A stretch of 64,000 nt of DNA from Candidatus Multivoradales bacterium (GCA_965223155.1 CBDCVR010000014.1:608001-672000); one strand, 5' to 3'. Counted from the stretch's first letter, positions 1-11,062 are shown. Numbers and translations are program-made. The notes: generated by a model not told the origin, from the sequence alone.

Positions 1-2
1 CC

Positions 3-449
3 GATCTCGCCGGCGCAAGCCATGCCTGGCCGGGACGGGTCGTCCGCACCGGCAGCCGCATCGATCCGGCGACCCGAATGCTGACCCTGATCGCGGTCGT
101 GGACGACCCGTATGGCCTACGCTCGGATGACATCGAACCCCTGCCCATGGGCCTCTTCGTCGATGCCGAGATCGAGGGTCGCGTCGCTCGAAGCGTGATC
201 GTGCTGCCGCGCTCGGCCCTTCGCGCGGGAGATCGCGTCCTGGTCGTGGACGGCGACAGCCGCCTGCGCTTCCGGGACGTCGAAGTTCTGCGTCTCGACG
301 CCGATCAGGCCGTCGTCTCCTCCGGATTGAGCGACGGCGAAGAGGTCTGCGTTTCCCCGCTGACTGCGGCGGTGGACGGCATGCTGGTACGGGCACGGTC
401 CGAATCCACGCCCCCGGCCGCGCCCGCGATCGCCGAGGACTTGTCGTGA
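3..449 (+). CDS. RND efflux periplasmic adaptor (membrane fusion protein), 5'-truncated by the window edge
   Basis: Frame is open from position 3 (…GRVVRTGSRIDPATRM…). It has the MFP C-terminal motifs GLFVDAEI, VLPRSAL and SGLSDGEEV, and its stop overlaps the RND start (GTGA). Confidence 0.85.
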   Translation, partial: DLAGASHAWPGRVVRTGSRIDPATRMLTLIAVVDDPYGLRSDDIEPLPMGLFVDAEIEGRVARSVIVLPRSALRAGDRVLVVDGDSRLRFRDVEVLRLDADQAVVSSGLSDGEEVCVSPLTAAVDGMLVRARSESTPPAAPAIAEDLS

Positions 450-3400
450 ACGGCGCCATTCGCTGGTTCGCCAAGAACGGCGTCGCCGCCAACCTGCTGA
501 TGGTGTTCATCATCGCCACCGGCCTCTTGACGATCCCGCGCATCAGGCAGGAGGTCTTTCCCGAGTTCTCCATCGACATGATTCAGATCGCCGTGCCGTA
601 TCCGGGAGCCGCGCCTGAGGAGGTGGAAGAGGGGGTGGTGGTGCGCGTCGAGGAGGCGATTCAGGATCTCGAGGGCGTCGATACGCTGCGCTCGACCTCG
701 GCCGAGAACATGGGCGTGGTGCTGGTCGAGGCGCTCGACGGCGCCGACCTGGAGCGGCTCCTGAACGACGTCAAGTCCCGCGTTGACGCCATCGACACGT
801 TTCCGCTGGAGGCTGAAGAGCCGGTCGTCGAGGAGATCATCCGCCGCACCCAAGTCATCGAGGTGGCGATCTCCGGCCCCGCCGATGAGCGCACCCTGAA
901 AGCCCTCGGCGAGCGCGTCCGGGACGACCTTTCGAACGTGCCCGAGATCACCCAGGTGGAGCTCGTGGCCGCGCGCCCCTACGAGATTGCGGTCGAGGTC
1001 TCCGAGACCGACCTGCGCCGCTACGGACTTACCTTTGACGAGGTCGCGGCCGCGGTCCGGCGATTCTCCATTGACCTGCCCGGTGGCAGGATCCGGAGCA
1101 GCGACGGTGAAATCCTGCTGCGCACCGAAGGTCAGGCCTACGTCGGACGAGAGTTCGAGGCGCTGACCCTGCGCACGCTGGAGGACGGCACGCAGCTTCG
1201 CCTGGGCCAGATCGCCAACGTCGTCGACGGCTTCGCCGACGCCGACAAGTGGGCCCGATTCAACGGTCAGCCGGCGGTTCTCGTCCAGGTCTTCCGGGTC
1301 GGCGACCAGAGCGCGCTCAGCGTCGCCAACGCGGTCAAGAGCTACATCCAGGACAAGCAGCCGCAGATGCCCGCGGGCATTCGCCTGGAAGCCTGGAAGG
1401 ACGACACCGTGATCCTGCGCAGCCGGCTCGATCTTCTCAAGCGCAACGGCCTGGCCGGCTTCGCCCTGGTGCTCCTGGTCCTGGCCCTGTTCCTGAAGCT
1501 CCGGCTGTCGGGCTGGGTCGCCTTAGGCATTCCGATTTCGTTTCTGGGCGCCGTCATTCTGATGCCCACGACCGACGTCAGCGTCAACTTGATCTCACTG
1601 TTTGCTTTCATCGTGGTACTGGGCATCGTCGTTGACGACGCCATCATCGTCGGCGAGAACATCTACACTGAGTTCGAGTCCGGCAAGGTCGAGCTCGAGG
1701 CCGCGGTCGAGGGGGCGACGAGCGTCGCCAAGCCCGTGGTCTTCGCCGTCCTCACCAGCATCGCGGCCTTCGCTCCGCTGCTCTTGGTGACTGGACCGTT
1801 CGGCAAGATCATGCGCGTCATCCCGATCATCGTGATCTCGACCTTGCTGTTCTCGCTGATCGAGTCTCTTCTGATTCTGCCCCACCATCTGTCTCATCTC
1901 CGTCCCGCGAAATCCGAGGCCAGGGGCTTCTGGAGCCGGCTTCAGGAGCGCTTGGCTAAAGGGCTTCAGTTCCTGATCGAGCGCAGCTACCGGCCGACCC
2001 TGCGCTGGGCCTTGCGCTGGCGGTACCTGACCGTGGCCCTGGGACTCGCCGGCCTGATGCTCACCTTCGCGGTCATCCGGGGCGGCTGGGTCAAGTTCAA
2101 CTTCTTGCCCAACGTCGAGGCCGACAACGCGGTCGCGATGTTGACCATGCCGCAGGGCACGCCGGCCGAAGTGACCGCTCTCGCGGTCGAGCGCATCGAG
2201 ACCGCCGCTCTGGAGCTGGCGGCCGAGCTCGACCAGGGCGAGGGCAGCGCCATCCGCCACGTCTTGACCTCGGTCGGCGATCAGCCCTTCCGCACCTTGC
2301 AGTCGCGCGGCGTCGCCGGCGACAGCGGCAGCTTCGACGCCCCGCACCTGGGCGAGGTCACGCTCGAGCTGATGCCGGCCGAGACGCGCTCAATCACCTC
2401 GCCCGAGATCGCCGACCGCTGGCGGCAGAAGGTGGGTGAGATCCCTGACGCGGTCGAGCTCATCTATAGCTCGTCGCTATTTACCGCCGGCGAGGCGGTC
2501 AATGTGGAGCTCTTCGGCCCAAGGCTGGACGAGCTCGCCCAGGTGGCCGAGAAACTCAAGACGGAGCTGCGCGCCTATCCCGGCACCCGCGACATCGCCG
2601 ATTCGTTCCGGGCCGGCAAACGCGAGATCGAGCTCGAGCTCACCGCCGAGGGAGCGCTGGCCGGCCTGACCCAGGCGGACCTCGCGCGCCAGGTGCGTCA
2701 GGCCTTCTTCGGTGAGGAAGCGCAGCGAATCCAACGCGGTCGCGATGACGTCAAGGTCATGGTCCGGTTCCCGGCCGCAAACCGCCGCTCGCTCGCCGAC
2801 CTCGAGACTATGCGCATCCGGACTCCGACCGGCGGCGCCGTGCCGCTGTCCACCGCAGCCGAGATCCAGCTCAGCAGGGGTCCTGCCTCGATCCAGCGCA
2901 CCAACCGCAACCGGGTTCTGAACGTCACGGCCGACGTCGACGCGAACGTCGCCAACGCCACCGAGATCGTCAACGACCTGGCAACATCCGTCCTGCCTTC
3001 CATCCTGGCCGATCACCCGGACGTTCGCTTCTCTTTCGAGGGAGAGCAGGAGGAACAACGCAGCGTGCTCTCGGAGCTGGGCCGCGGCTTTACTCTGGCG
3101 CTACTGGTGATCTACGGGCTGCTGGCCATTCCGTTCCGCTCGTATCTCCAGCCCCTGATCGTCATGAGCGCGATCCCCTTCGGCCTCATCGGCGCGGTCT
3201 TCGGCCACGTGGTGATGGGCCTCGATCTCGCGATCCTGTCGATGTTCGGCATCGTCGCCCTGACCGGCGTCGTGGTCAACGACAGCCTGGTCTTGGTGGC
3301 CTTCATCAACCGGGCGACCCGCCAGGGCGAGACCATTCGGCAAGCGATTCAATCCGCCGGAGTGGCGCGCTTTCGACCGATCCTCTTGACCTCGCTGACC

Positions 3401-3619
3401 ACGTTCGCAGGACTCACACCGCTACTTCTCGAACGCAGCGTCCAGGCCCAGTTCCTGGTGCCGATGGCGGTCTCGTTGGCCTTCGGCGTCCTCTTTGCTA
3501 CATTCATCTCGCTTCTCTTGGTCCCGGCTCTCTACGCGATCGTGGAGGACGTCAAAGACGCGGTAGGCCGCTGGCTCGCCGCCGTCCGCGGCTCCCAGGT
3601 CGAGGAGGCTTCGACCTAA
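446..3619 (+). CDS. RND efflux transporter permease, AcrB/AcrD/AcrF family
   Basis: 1057 aa with two large periplasmic loops and TM blocks; motifs GIVVDDAIIVGENI, GVVVNDSLVLV and RFRPILLTSLTT. Confidence 0.95.
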   Translation: MNGAIRWFAKNGVAANLLMVFIIATGLLTIPRIRQEVFPEFSIDMIQIAVPYPGAAPEEVEEGVVVRVEEAIQDLEGVDTLRSTSAENMGVVLVEALDGADLERLLNDVKSRVDAIDTFPLEAEEPVVEEIIRRTQVIEVAISGPADERTLKALGERVRDDLSNVPEITQVELVAARPYEIAVEVSETDLRRYGLTFDEVAAAVRRFSIDLPGGRIRSSDGEILLRTEGQAYVGREFEALTLRTLEDGTQLRLGQIANVVDGFADADKWARFNGQPAVLVQVFRVGDQSALSVANAVKSYIQDKQPQMPAGIRLEAWKDDTVILRSRLDLLKRNGLAGFALVLLVLALFLKLRLSGWVALGIPISFLGAVILMPTTDVSVNLISLFAFIVVLGIVVDDAIIVGENIYTEFESGKVELEAAVEGATSVAKPVVFAVLTSIAAFAPLLLVTGPFGKIMRVIPIIVISTLLFSLIESLLILPHHLSHLRPAKSEARGFWSRLQERLAKGLQFLIERSYRPTLRWALRWRYLTVALGLAGLMLTFAVIRGGWVKFNFLPNVEADNAVAMLTMPQGTPAEVTALAVERIETAALELAAELDQGEGSAIRHVLTSVGDQPFRTLQSRGVAGDSGSFDAPHLGEVTLELMPAETRSITSPEIADRWRQKVGEIPDAVELIYSSSLFTAGEAVNVELFGPRLDELAQVAEKLKTELRAYPGTRDIADSFRAGKREIELELTAEGALAGLTQADLARQVRQAFFGEEAQRIQRGRDDVKVMVRFPAANRRSLADLETMRIRTPTGGAVPLSTAAEIQLSRGPASIQRTNRNRVLNVTADVDANVANATEIVNDLATSVLPSILADHPDVRFSFEGEQEEQRSVLSELGRGFTLALLVIYGLLAIPFRSYLQPLIVMSAIPFGLIGAVFGHVVMGLDLAILSMFGIVALTGVVVNDSLVLVAFINRATRQGETIRQAIQSAGVARFRPILLTSLTTFAGLTPLLLERSVQAQFLVPMAVSLAFGVLFATFISLLLVPALYAIVEDVKDAVGRWLAAVRGSQVEEAST

Positions 3620-3634
3620 CCGGAGCCAGCGCAC

Positions 3635-5050
3635 ATGACGCCGCACGGCAGACGAGCGACCGACGCCCTGCTCGCCGTTGACGGCGTGCTCGAAACCTAC
3701 CTGCAGAACACCGAGCTGGGTGGCCGGCGCATGGCCAACCTAGCCGCCACCATTGCCATCGAGAACTCGGGCGCCGCCGAGGGCTCGTTGCTCCTGGACC
3801 AGGGGCAGGGCCTGGAGGCGGTCTTCGCCATCCGCGAGGATCTGTCGCCGGCCACTGGCGGCGGCGGGCCGGATGCCAACACTCTGAACCGGCTGCTCGA
3901 GACCGCGGAGCCGGTGGCCGACGGCGACAGCCTGGCCGTTCCGATCCTGGTCGAACGGACCGTCCGCGGGGTCTTGTACCTAAAAAGCTTTCGCTCGCCA
4001 CCAGGCAAGCTAGCGCGCAACCTCGCGAACCGAGCGGTGGGACGGATCGCCACGCTCTTGCAAAACGCCGAGCTGGTCGAAGCTCTGGACCGCAGCCAGG
4101 CGGACCTGGAAGTCCTGGCCCGCCTCACCGAGACGCTGTCCTCCGGTCGCTTGACCGCGCCGCAACTGGATGTGGCGGTGGGCGACCTGGCGCGATCCAC
4201 CGGAGACAGCTCGGCGGCGATCGTCCTCTTCGGCCCGGACGGAAGCCTGGAATCGAGTCATCTCGCGGGGGTGCGCGACGAAACCCTCGCGCGGCAGCTT
4301 GCCGAGGCCGACTCCGGCACGATCGATAGCCTCCGGCGGGCACTGCCGGAGCCGGCCCTCGTCTCGGTCCTCCAGTCCGAGGAGAAGGCCGCAACCCAGC
4401 CCACGCCGGCAGGCTTGGTCTGCGCGTTTCGCGCGAGCCCGGCCTACCGGCCGGCCGAGTCGTCATTTTTCCAGGCCTTCACCCATCTTCTCAGCGGCAC
4501 GCTGGCTCGGCACCGGTACTTCCGCCAAGCGGCGCGCGACGCGCTGACCGGCACTGGATCCAGGATGGCGCTCCAGCTTCAGCTCGCCGACGCCGAAGAC
4601 CGGAGCCGGACCACGGAACTCCCGTACTCCCTCCTCCTGGTGGACGTCGATCATTTCAAGACGGTCAACGACACCCTCGGTCATCTGGTCGGTGACCGGG
4701 TGCTTCGAACGGTCGCGAAGACCCTGCGCGGGCGGCTGCGGGCACTCGACACCATCGCTCGCTATGGCGGCGACGAGTTCGTCATCCTGCTGCCCGACAC
4801 TCCGCTCGAGGCTGCCGCCGAGCTCGCCAACGAGCTCACCCGGCTGGTCCGGGACCTGCCGATCGCGGTGCTTCCGGAGGGCATCTCGCTCTCCATCGGA
4901 GTCGCCGACTCGGCCGGTGTTCGAGACACCGAGGAGCTGATGCGCCGGGCCGACTCGGCCCTCTACCGGGCCAAGGCCGAGGGACGCAACCGAGCGACTG
5001 CCTACGACCCCGAGATGGATACCGGCTCCGACCCGGAAGGGCCGGGCTAG
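3635..5050 (+). CDS. Diguanylate cyclase (GAF-like N-terminus + GGDEF)
   Basis: [23 protein letters not shown] and RYGGDEF; RxxD I-site (RALD) five residues before GGDEF; ADSALYRAK. Confidence 0.92.
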   Translation: MTPHGRRATDALLAVDGVLETYLQNTELGGRRMANLAATIAIENSGAAEGSLLLDQGQGLEAVFAIREDLSPATGGGGPDANTLNRLLETAEPVADGDSLAVPILVERTVRGVLYLKSFRSPPGKLARNLANRAVGRIATLLQNAELVEALDRSQADLEVLARLTETLSSGRLTAPQLDVAVGDLARSTGDSSAAIVLFGPDGSLESSHLAGVRDETLARQLAEADSGTIDSLRRALPEPALVSVLQSEEKAATQPTPAGLVCAFRASPAYRPAESSFFQAFTHLLSGTLARHRYFRQAARDALTGTGSRMALQLQLADAEDRSRTTELPYSLLLVDVDHFKTVNDTLGHLVGDRVLRTVAKTLRGRLRALDTIARYGGDEFVILLPDTPLEAAAELANELTRLVRDLPIAVLPEGISLSIGVADSAGVRDTEELMRRADSALYRAKAEGRNRATAYDPEMDTGSDPEGPG

Positions 5051-5061
5051 AATCGCTTTCG

Positions 5062-5856
5062 ATGCGGCAGTACCTCGAGCTTCTGGACAGGGCGCTCACA
5101 GAGGGCGTCGAGCGGCCCGACCGCACCGGTACCGGCACCCTGGCCGTTTTCGGCCACCAGATGCGCTTCGATCTCGCCGACGGCTTTCCGGCACTGACGA
5201 CCAAGAAGCTCCATCTGCGCTCGATTCTCCACGAGCTCCTGTGGTTCCTGGCTGGCGATACCAACGTCAAGTACCTGAACGACAATGGCGTCCGCATCTG
5301 GAACGAGTGGGCGGACGACAACGGAGAGCTGGGGCCGATCTACGGCGCGCAGTGGCGCTCCTGGCGCACCGCCCAGGGCGGATCGATCGACCAGATCGAG
5401 CATCTCGTCACCGCGCTTCGTGAGGATCCGTACTCCCGGCGCCATATCGTCAGCGCTTGGAACGTCGGCGAGCTCGAGCGCATGGCCTTGCCACCCTGCC
5501 ACACCATATTCCAGTTCTTCGTCGCCGGCGGCCGGCTCTCGTGCCAGCTCTACCAGCGCAGCGGCGATGTCTTTCTGGGGGTACCGTTCAACATCGCCTC
5601 CTATGCGCTGCTCACCATGATGCTGGCCCAGGTCGTCGACCTCGAGCCCGGCGACTTCGTTCTGACGCTGGGGGACGCCCACCTCTACGCCAATCACCTG
5701 GACCAGGCCCGCACCCAACTCGAGCGCACGCCGCGCGCTCTTCCCAAGATGTGGATCAACCCCAACGTGGGGTCGATCTTTGCCTTCGGCCCAGACGACT
5801 TCGAACTCGTGGACTACGATCCGCATCCCCACATCAAAGCGCCGATCGCGGTGTGA
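5062..5856 (+). CDS. thyA: Thymidylate synthase
   Basis: [38 protein letters not shown] and GDAHLY; 264 aa. Confidence 0.98.
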   Translation: MRQYLELLDRALTEGVERPDRTGTGTLAVFGHQMRFDLADGFPALTTKKLHLRSILHELLWFLAGDTNVKYLNDNGVRIWNEWADDNGELGPIYGAQWRSWRTAQGGSIDQIEHLVTALREDPYSRRHIVSAWNVGELERMALPPCHTIFQFFVAGGRLSCQLYQRSGDVFLGVPFNIASYALLTMMLAQVVDLEPGDFVLTLGDAHLYANHLDQARTQLERTPRALPKMWINPNVGSIFAFGPDDFELVDYDPHPHIKAPIAV

Positions 5857-5869
5857 GGCGAGCCCATCG

Positions 5870-6394
5870 ATGAAGGTTTCGATCCTCGTCGCCATGGCCG
5901 CCAACGGCGTCATCGGACAGGACAACGGCCTGCCCTGGAAACTCTCGGCCGACCTCAAGCGCTTCAAGGCCCGCACTCTGGGTCATCACCTCCTCATGGG
6001 CCGCAAGACGTACGAGTCGATCGGACATCCCCTGCCGGGGCGCACGACGATGGTCTTGAGCCGGGGAGCCCCCTCGCTACCCGAAGGAGTCGAGCTCGCA
6101 TCCAGTCTCGAAGAGGCGCTCGAGACCGCCCGAAGTCGGGGCGAGACCGAGGCCTTCGTGGCCGGCGGCGCCGAGGTCTACCGCGGCGCCCTCGGGCTCG
6201 CCGACTGTCTCTACCTGACCCGGCTGGAGAATCCGTTCGAGGGCGACACCCGCTTCCCGCCCTGGTCGCCCGAGGACTGGCGCCTGACCGCGGTCGAGAC
6301 CTGCCCCAACCGCCCGGGCGAGCCCGAGGCGGTCTTCGAAACCTGGCTCCGCCGCTCCTCGAACGAGGCGAACCCAGGCGGCTCCGGCCGGTAG
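5870..6394 (+). CDS. folA: Dihydrofolate reductase
   Basis: Start trimmed to ATG 5870 (MKVSILVAMAANGVIG); LPWKLSADLKRFK, MGRKTYESIG, PLPGR, GGAEVY and GDTRFP; directly follows thyA. Confidence 0.96.
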   Translation: MKVSILVAMAANGVIGQDNGLPWKLSADLKRFKARTLGHHLLMGRKTYESIGHPLPGRTTMVLSRGAPSLPEGVELASSLEEALETARSRGETEAFVAGGAEVYRGALGLADCLYLTRLENPFEGDTRFPPWSPEDWRLTAVETCPNRPGEPEAVFETWLRRSSNEANPGGSGR

Positions 6395-6401
6395 CGGGCT
6401 C

Positions 6402-7586
6402 TCAGAAAGCGCGCCCGAGCGCGAAGTGAACGGCCAGGTCCGGGCCGTTCTCGAAGTGCACGAAGTTCTCGGTGACCGCGGCCGAGACCTCGTAGGACGA
6501 GCCCACCAGCAGGTGGAAGCCAACGCTCAGCTGGAAGGCAAGCTCCTCCAAGTCGTCGATCTCGGAGCTTCGGAAGGGCGTCTCGAACAGAATGCCCTGG
6601 ATGACCCAGGTTGCCTGGGTCCCGATGCGACGCTCGTGGCCCGCATAGATCGCCGGCAGCACCTCGGAGCCCACGCCCAGAAGCCGTGAGGCCGACGCGC
6701 GGCGCAGATGGCCGCCCAGAAAGTTGCAGGAGCGTTGGCGGCAGCCCAACCACATCGCCTGGAACGCACCCTCGGCCGATCCGGTGGCGGCCAGGGTGTC
6801 GTCTCCGGCAAGCGGAATCTTGACCGACGCCTCGGCGATCAGCCTCCCGCCACCCCCGAGCTCGTAGCCCTTGCGCACGGCGAGCTCCGGATCCACCAGT
6901 CCGAACGAGGACCGGGTGGCAGGAAACAGCACCGAGCCGCCGCGCTCGAGAAAGGCCAGCGTCTCACCGCGCCGGACTCCCAAACGACCGTCCTGATCCG
7001 CCCCGACCACGCGGTGAAAGGCCTCGAGGAAGCGATCCATCACACCGCCGTTGATCTCGAGCGCCGACACCGTCAGCTCGAGCTCGTAGCCGCGGCGCAA
7101 TCCGCGCCGCAACCGCAACTCGGTGCGCAGAGTCTCCCCATCGAACAGGAAGAGCGGATCCATGACCCCCATCTTGCGTTGGGCTTCGGCGGCCTCGGCG
7201 AAGACCGCCGGCAGCACCGGCAGCCGCGCATCGCGCATCTCGAGAGCCTGCTGCACCGAGCGCGAGCGAGCGAAGGTATTGCCCATCGAGGCCGACAACC
7301 CAAAATGCCAGCGCCCTTCCTCCAGGACGCCGCCGGGCAGAGGCCGCACCGGCTGCAGGCCGGCGGTCGGTAGGAACTGGTCCGCGAACCGGAGCGGCCC
7401 GGAAAAGCGAGAGGCGTCCTCGCTCCCGACCGGGGCCGGCCCGTCGGCACGCTCGTCGGCCGACTTCTGGCTGAGCTCGCGCGAGACCTCGGCCAGGACC
7501 GGAGCGGCCAGGGCCAGCGCCCATGCGGCCGCCAGCAGCGCGGGAAGCCGCCGGCCGGGCGGCCGAGCTGTGTCGCGACTCTTCAC
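6402..7586 (-). CDS. Exported protein, DUF3187-like (probable outer-membrane beta-barrel)
   Basis: Signal peptide (…LALAAPVLA), LFDGET, GGVMDRFLEAFH, amphipathic strands and C-terminal Phe. Confidence 0.6.
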   Translation of the reverse strand: MKSRDTARPPGRRLPALLAAAWALALAAPVLAEVSRELSQKSADERADGPAPVGSEDASRFSGPLRFADQFLPTAGLQPVRPLPGGVLEEGRWHFGLSASMGNTFARSRSVQQALEMRDARLPVLPAVFAEAAEAQRKMGVMDPLFLFDGETLRTELRLRRGLRRGYELELTVSALEINGGVMDRFLEAFHRVVGADQDGRLGVRRGETLAFLERGGSVLFPATRSSFGLVDPELAVRKGYELGGGGRLIAEASVKIPLAGDDTLAATGSAEGAFQAMWLGCRQRSCNFLGGHLRRASASRLLGVGSEVLPAIYAGHERRIGTQATWVIQGILFETPFRSSEIDDLEELAFQLSVGFHLLVGSSYEVSAAVTENFVHFENGPDLAVHFALGRAF

Positions 7587-7590
7587 GAGC

Positions 7591-8079
7591 TCAGGCGCTC
7601 AAATGCTCGAGCACCGCGGCGGCGCTCGACACGCCCACGTCGCGACCCGCTTCGACTCCCAGATACTCGACCACGCCGTCCCGGCTCACCAGGGCGAAGC
7701 GCCGCAGCCGGCGGCCCATGCCGGCGATCTCGAGATCCAGCTCGAGACCGGCGGCCCGCGCCAGCTCGCCGTTGCCGTCGGCCCAGAAGAGCACGTGGCC
7801 AGCGGCACCGGTCTGCCGCCCCCAAGCGGCCATGACGTCGGCGTCGTTCACCGAGACACAGGCGATCTCGTCGGCGCCCGCAGCCCTGAGCGCGTCTGCC
7901 TGAGCCAGGAAGCCCGGCAGGTGCACGTCCGAGCAGGTCGAGGTGAAGGCTCCCGGGACACCGAACAGGGCCAACGTCTTGCCGGCCCCGAGCTCGGCCA
8001 ACGAGGCCTTCCGGACACCTTCTTCCGTTCTCCACCGAACGTCGACATCCGGCAGACGATCCCCTACAGCAATGCTCAT
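7591..8079 (-). CDS. Peroxiredoxin, Prx5/Redoxin type
   Basis: Start at ATG 8079 (MSIAVGDRLPDV); FGVPGAFTSTCSDVHLPGF, CVSVND, ADGNGE and RRFAL. Confidence 0.93.
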   Translation of the reverse strand: MSIAVGDRLPDVDVRWRTEEGVRKASLAELGAGKTLALFGVPGAFTSTCSDVHLPGFLAQADALRAAGADEIACVSVNDADVMAAWGRQTGAAGHVLFWADGNGELARAAGLELDLEIAGMGRRLRRFALVSRDGVVEYLGVEAGRDVGVSSAAAVLEHLSA

Positions 8080-8168
8080 CAGCGACCTCCAGATTCCGCA
8101 CCGAACAGCGCGCAAACCTATCAAATCGAGTTTGCGTACCGGCACCGCTCAGCCGATAGAATCCGCCG

Positions 8169-9251
8169 GTGCGGGAACTCACCGAACTGATCGAGGCCTG
8201 GGACGGTCTCGCCGTCCTGGCCAGGCACGACCGGCCCAGCGGCGCGTGGATGTTCATCTGCATTCACGACAACACGCTCGGCCCATCCACCGGCGGCACT
8301 CGCATGGCCGAATACGCCTCGCCCGCCGACGGCCTGCGGGACGCCATGCGCCTGTCCGAGGGCATGACCCACAAGTGGGCGGCCGTGGATCTCGGCTTCG
8401 GCGGCGCCAAGGCCGTGATCGCCGTTCCCGGACCGATGGAGGGCCGCGAGCGCCGGGAGCTGCTCGAGCGCTACGCCCGCCTGCTCGAGCTCCTGGGCGG
8501 CTCCTTTCACACCGGTGAAGATTTGGGAACGACCTCGGAGGACATGGCCTTTCTGGCCCGCCACACCCGACACATTCACGGCGTTGACCGGGACGGACGC
8601 AAGATCGACCCCAGTCCCTATACAGCCCACGGCGTTCTGACCGGCATCCAAACCTCCCTCGAGCGAGTCTTCGGGAATCCCTCGCCGTCGGGCCGTTTGG
8701 TCCTGATCCAGGGCGTCGGCAACGTCGGCGGGCATCTCGCCCGCATGCTGACCGCCCGGGGTGCCCTGGTGTCGGTCTTCGACGTTGACCGCGAGCGGGC
8801 GCGCACCGCGGCCAGCGAGATCGGGGTCACGGCCTTCAACGACGAAGACGTCTACTCCGCGACCTGCGACGTCTTCGCCCCGTGCGCGATCGGCGGCATC
8901 CTGGATGAGTCCACGATTGCCCGGCTCGGATGCCGGATCATCGCCGGTTCCGCCAACAACCAGCTAGCAACTCCGGCGGACGCCGCCCGCCTGCACGACC
9001 GCGGCATCCTCTACGCTCCCGACTTCATCATCAACGCCGGCGGCGCCATCTCGTTTGCTCACATCACGCGCGGCCTCTCCGACCACGACGGCTTGCTGGA
9101 CAAGGTCGCAGGCATCGGCGCCACACTCGCCGAGGTCTACCGGGACGCCGAGCAAGTTGGCGGCACCACTCTGGAAGCCGCCTCCCGAATGGTGGAGCGC
9201 AATCTAGCGCGCGGGCGCCGGCACGAAGCGGCCTCTGGCCAAGCGGACTAG
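8169..9251 (+). CDS. Leu/Val/Phe dehydrogenase family
   Basis: LGPSTGGTRM, GMTHK, GGAKAVI, TGEDLGT, IQGVGNVG, PCAIGG, GSANNQL and YAPDFIINAGG. Confidence 0.93.
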   Translation: MRELTELIEAWDGLAVLARHDRPSGAWMFICIHDNTLGPSTGGTRMAEYASPADGLRDAMRLSEGMTHKWAAVDLGFGGAKAVIAVPGPMEGRERRELLERYARLLELLGGSFHTGEDLGTTSEDMAFLARHTRHIHGVDRDGRKIDPSPYTAHGVLTGIQTSLERVFGNPSPSGRLVLIQGVGNVGGHLARMLTARGALVSVFDVDRERARTAASEIGVTAFNDEDVYSATCDVFAPCAIGGILDESTIARLGCRIIAGSANNQLATPADAARLHDRGILYAPDFIINAGGAISFAHITRGLSDHDGLLDKVAGIGATLAEVYRDAEQVGGTTLEAASRMVERNLARGRRHEAASGQAD

Positions 9252-9254
9252 CCC

Positions 9255-10892
9255 CTAGAGCCTGCGGGCGGTATTGATGACGTTGACGCCCGCGAAGCGG
9301 GTCGTCGGGCAGCCGTGGGACACGGCGCTGACCTGGGGAGGCTGGCCCTTGCCATCGAAGAAGGTCCCGCCCAAGCGGTAGTCCTCCGGGCCGCAGAGCT
9401 GGACGCACGAGTTCCAGAACTCCTGGGTGTTGGACTGGTAGGCGACGTCGCGCAGCATCCCCGTAATCCGGCCGTTCTGGATCTCGTAGAAGACCTGCCC
9501 GCCGAACTGGAAGTTGTACCGCTGCTGGTCGATCGAGTAGGAACCGCGTCCGCAGATGTAGATGCCCTTCTCCACGTCCTGGATCATCGCGTCCACGCCC
9601 AGGGGCTCGACGCCAGCCGCCAGCGACACGTTGGGCATGCGCTGGAACTGGACCGAATCCCAGCTATCGGCGTAGCAGCAGCCGTGAGACTCCTCTTCGT
9701 CCAGAACGTGCATCTGGTCCCGGATCGCCTGGTACCCCACCAGGGTCCCGTCCTTGACCAGGTCCCAACGCTTGGTGCGAACGCCCTCGTCATCCCAGCC
9801 CACGGCGCCGAGTGAGCCCGGCTGGGTTTTGTCGGCGAAGAAGTTGACGATGTCGCTGCCGTACCGAAATGACTTCGAGCGCCACTTGTCGAGGGTGGCG
9901 AAGCTGGTACCGGCGAAGTTGGCCTCGTACCCCAGCACGCGGTCCAGCTCTAGCGGATGGCCCACAGATTCATGGATGGTCAGGAACAGGTGGGTCGGAT
10001 CCAGCACCAGGTCGTACTTGCCCGCGGTCACGGACTTGGCCGTCAGCTTCTCGCGAGCTTGGGTCGCCGCCGCGCGGGCGTCCGCCACCATGTCGTAGCT
10101 CTTGCCATAACGCACCACCGGAACGCCCGGACTCGCGATGGTCTCCCCCGCCGCAGGGGTCATGTACTCCCAACCCAGGCCGATCGGCGTCGAGAGCGCG
10201 TTGCGGCTCTCGAACTTGCCGCTCTCCGCGTCAACGGCGGTCACGGTGAAGGTCGGCCAGATGCGGTGGATGTCCTGATCCGCGTAGGTGCCCTCGGTCG
10301 AAGCAAAGTACTTCTGTTCGTTGACCATGAAGAGATTGGAGTTGACGAAGCTGGCGCCGGCCTCGAGCGCCGCGGCGTTGACACCCAGGAGCAGCTCGAC
10401 CTTCTCGCCGATCGGAACGTCGAAGCAGCTCGTCTGGATGGGAGTCGCCCACGAAACCTCGCCGTAGCCCGGAACGGGCGCCAGCCGTACCGGCTCCCGC
10501 TGAAGCCCGGCGTTGGCCTTGGCGATCGCCACCGCCCGGCGGGCGGCCCCAGCGAGGCCGTCGCGGCTGACGTCCCGAGTCGCGGCGAATCCCCAGGTGC
10601 CGGCCGCCAGAACGCGTACCCCGGCGCCAAACGATTCGGTATCGACCACGTTCTGGACCTTGTCCTCGCGGGTGAAGACGAATTGGTTGAGGTAGCGGCC
10701 GATGCGGACGTCGACGTACGAAGCGCCAGCTCCCCGGCCCGCCTCCAGGGCGACATCGGCCAGCACCTTGCGGTCGGCGCCGGAAACGGTACGAGCTGCG
10801 GCGGCAGCCGGACTCGGCGAGGTCAAGACGCCGGGCAGGGCCAGCGCACCCAGGCCGACGCCGCTGTGCTGGAGGAATTGCCGTCGATTCAT
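9255..10892 (-). CDS. TldD/PmbA-family metalloprotease with twin-arginine signal
   Basis: Start MNRRQFLQ (Tat) at 10892; GVRVL..G.WGFA, HESVGH, WDDEG, RMPN and DGKGQP. Confidence 0.9.
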   Translation of the reverse strand: MNRRQFLQHSGVGLGALALPGVLTSPSPAAAAARTVSGADRKVLADVALEAGRGAGASYVDVRIGRYLNQFVFTREDKVQNVVDTESFGAGVRVLAAGTWGFAATRDVSRDGLAGAARRAVAIAKANAGLQREPVRLAPVPGYGEVSWATPIQTSCFDVPIGEKVELLLGVNAAALEAGASFVNSNLFMVNEQKYFASTEGTYADQDIHRIWPTFTVTAVDAESGKFESRNALSTPIGLGWEYMTPAAGETIASPGVPVVRYGKSYDMVADARAAATQAREKLTAKSVTAGKYDLVLDPTHLFLTIHESVGHPLELDRVLGYEANFAGTSFATLDKWRSKSFRYGSDIVNFFADKTQPGSLGAVGWDDEGVRTKRWDLVKDGTLVGYQAIRDQMHVLDEEESHGCCYADSWDSVQFQRMPNVSLAAGVEPLGVDAMIQDVEKGIYICGRGSYSIDQQRYNFQFGGQVFYEIQNGRITGMLRDVAYQSNTQEFWNSCVQLCGPEDYRLGGTFFDGKGQPPQVSAVSHGCPTTRFAGVNVINTARRL

Positions 10893-11062
10893 GGTGAGAT
10901 CCTCTCCGGACGGACCGGAGCGAGCGTCCAAGGAAGGCCGGAGAGCCATCACCGCGGCCGGTTTCGTCCTCGAGCCGCGACGCTACCAGACCGCGACCGA
11001 GGGTCCCGCGGACGGGCCATCAAGCCTGCAACGGGCCGCCACCGTATAGTGTCGGGAGCCGC

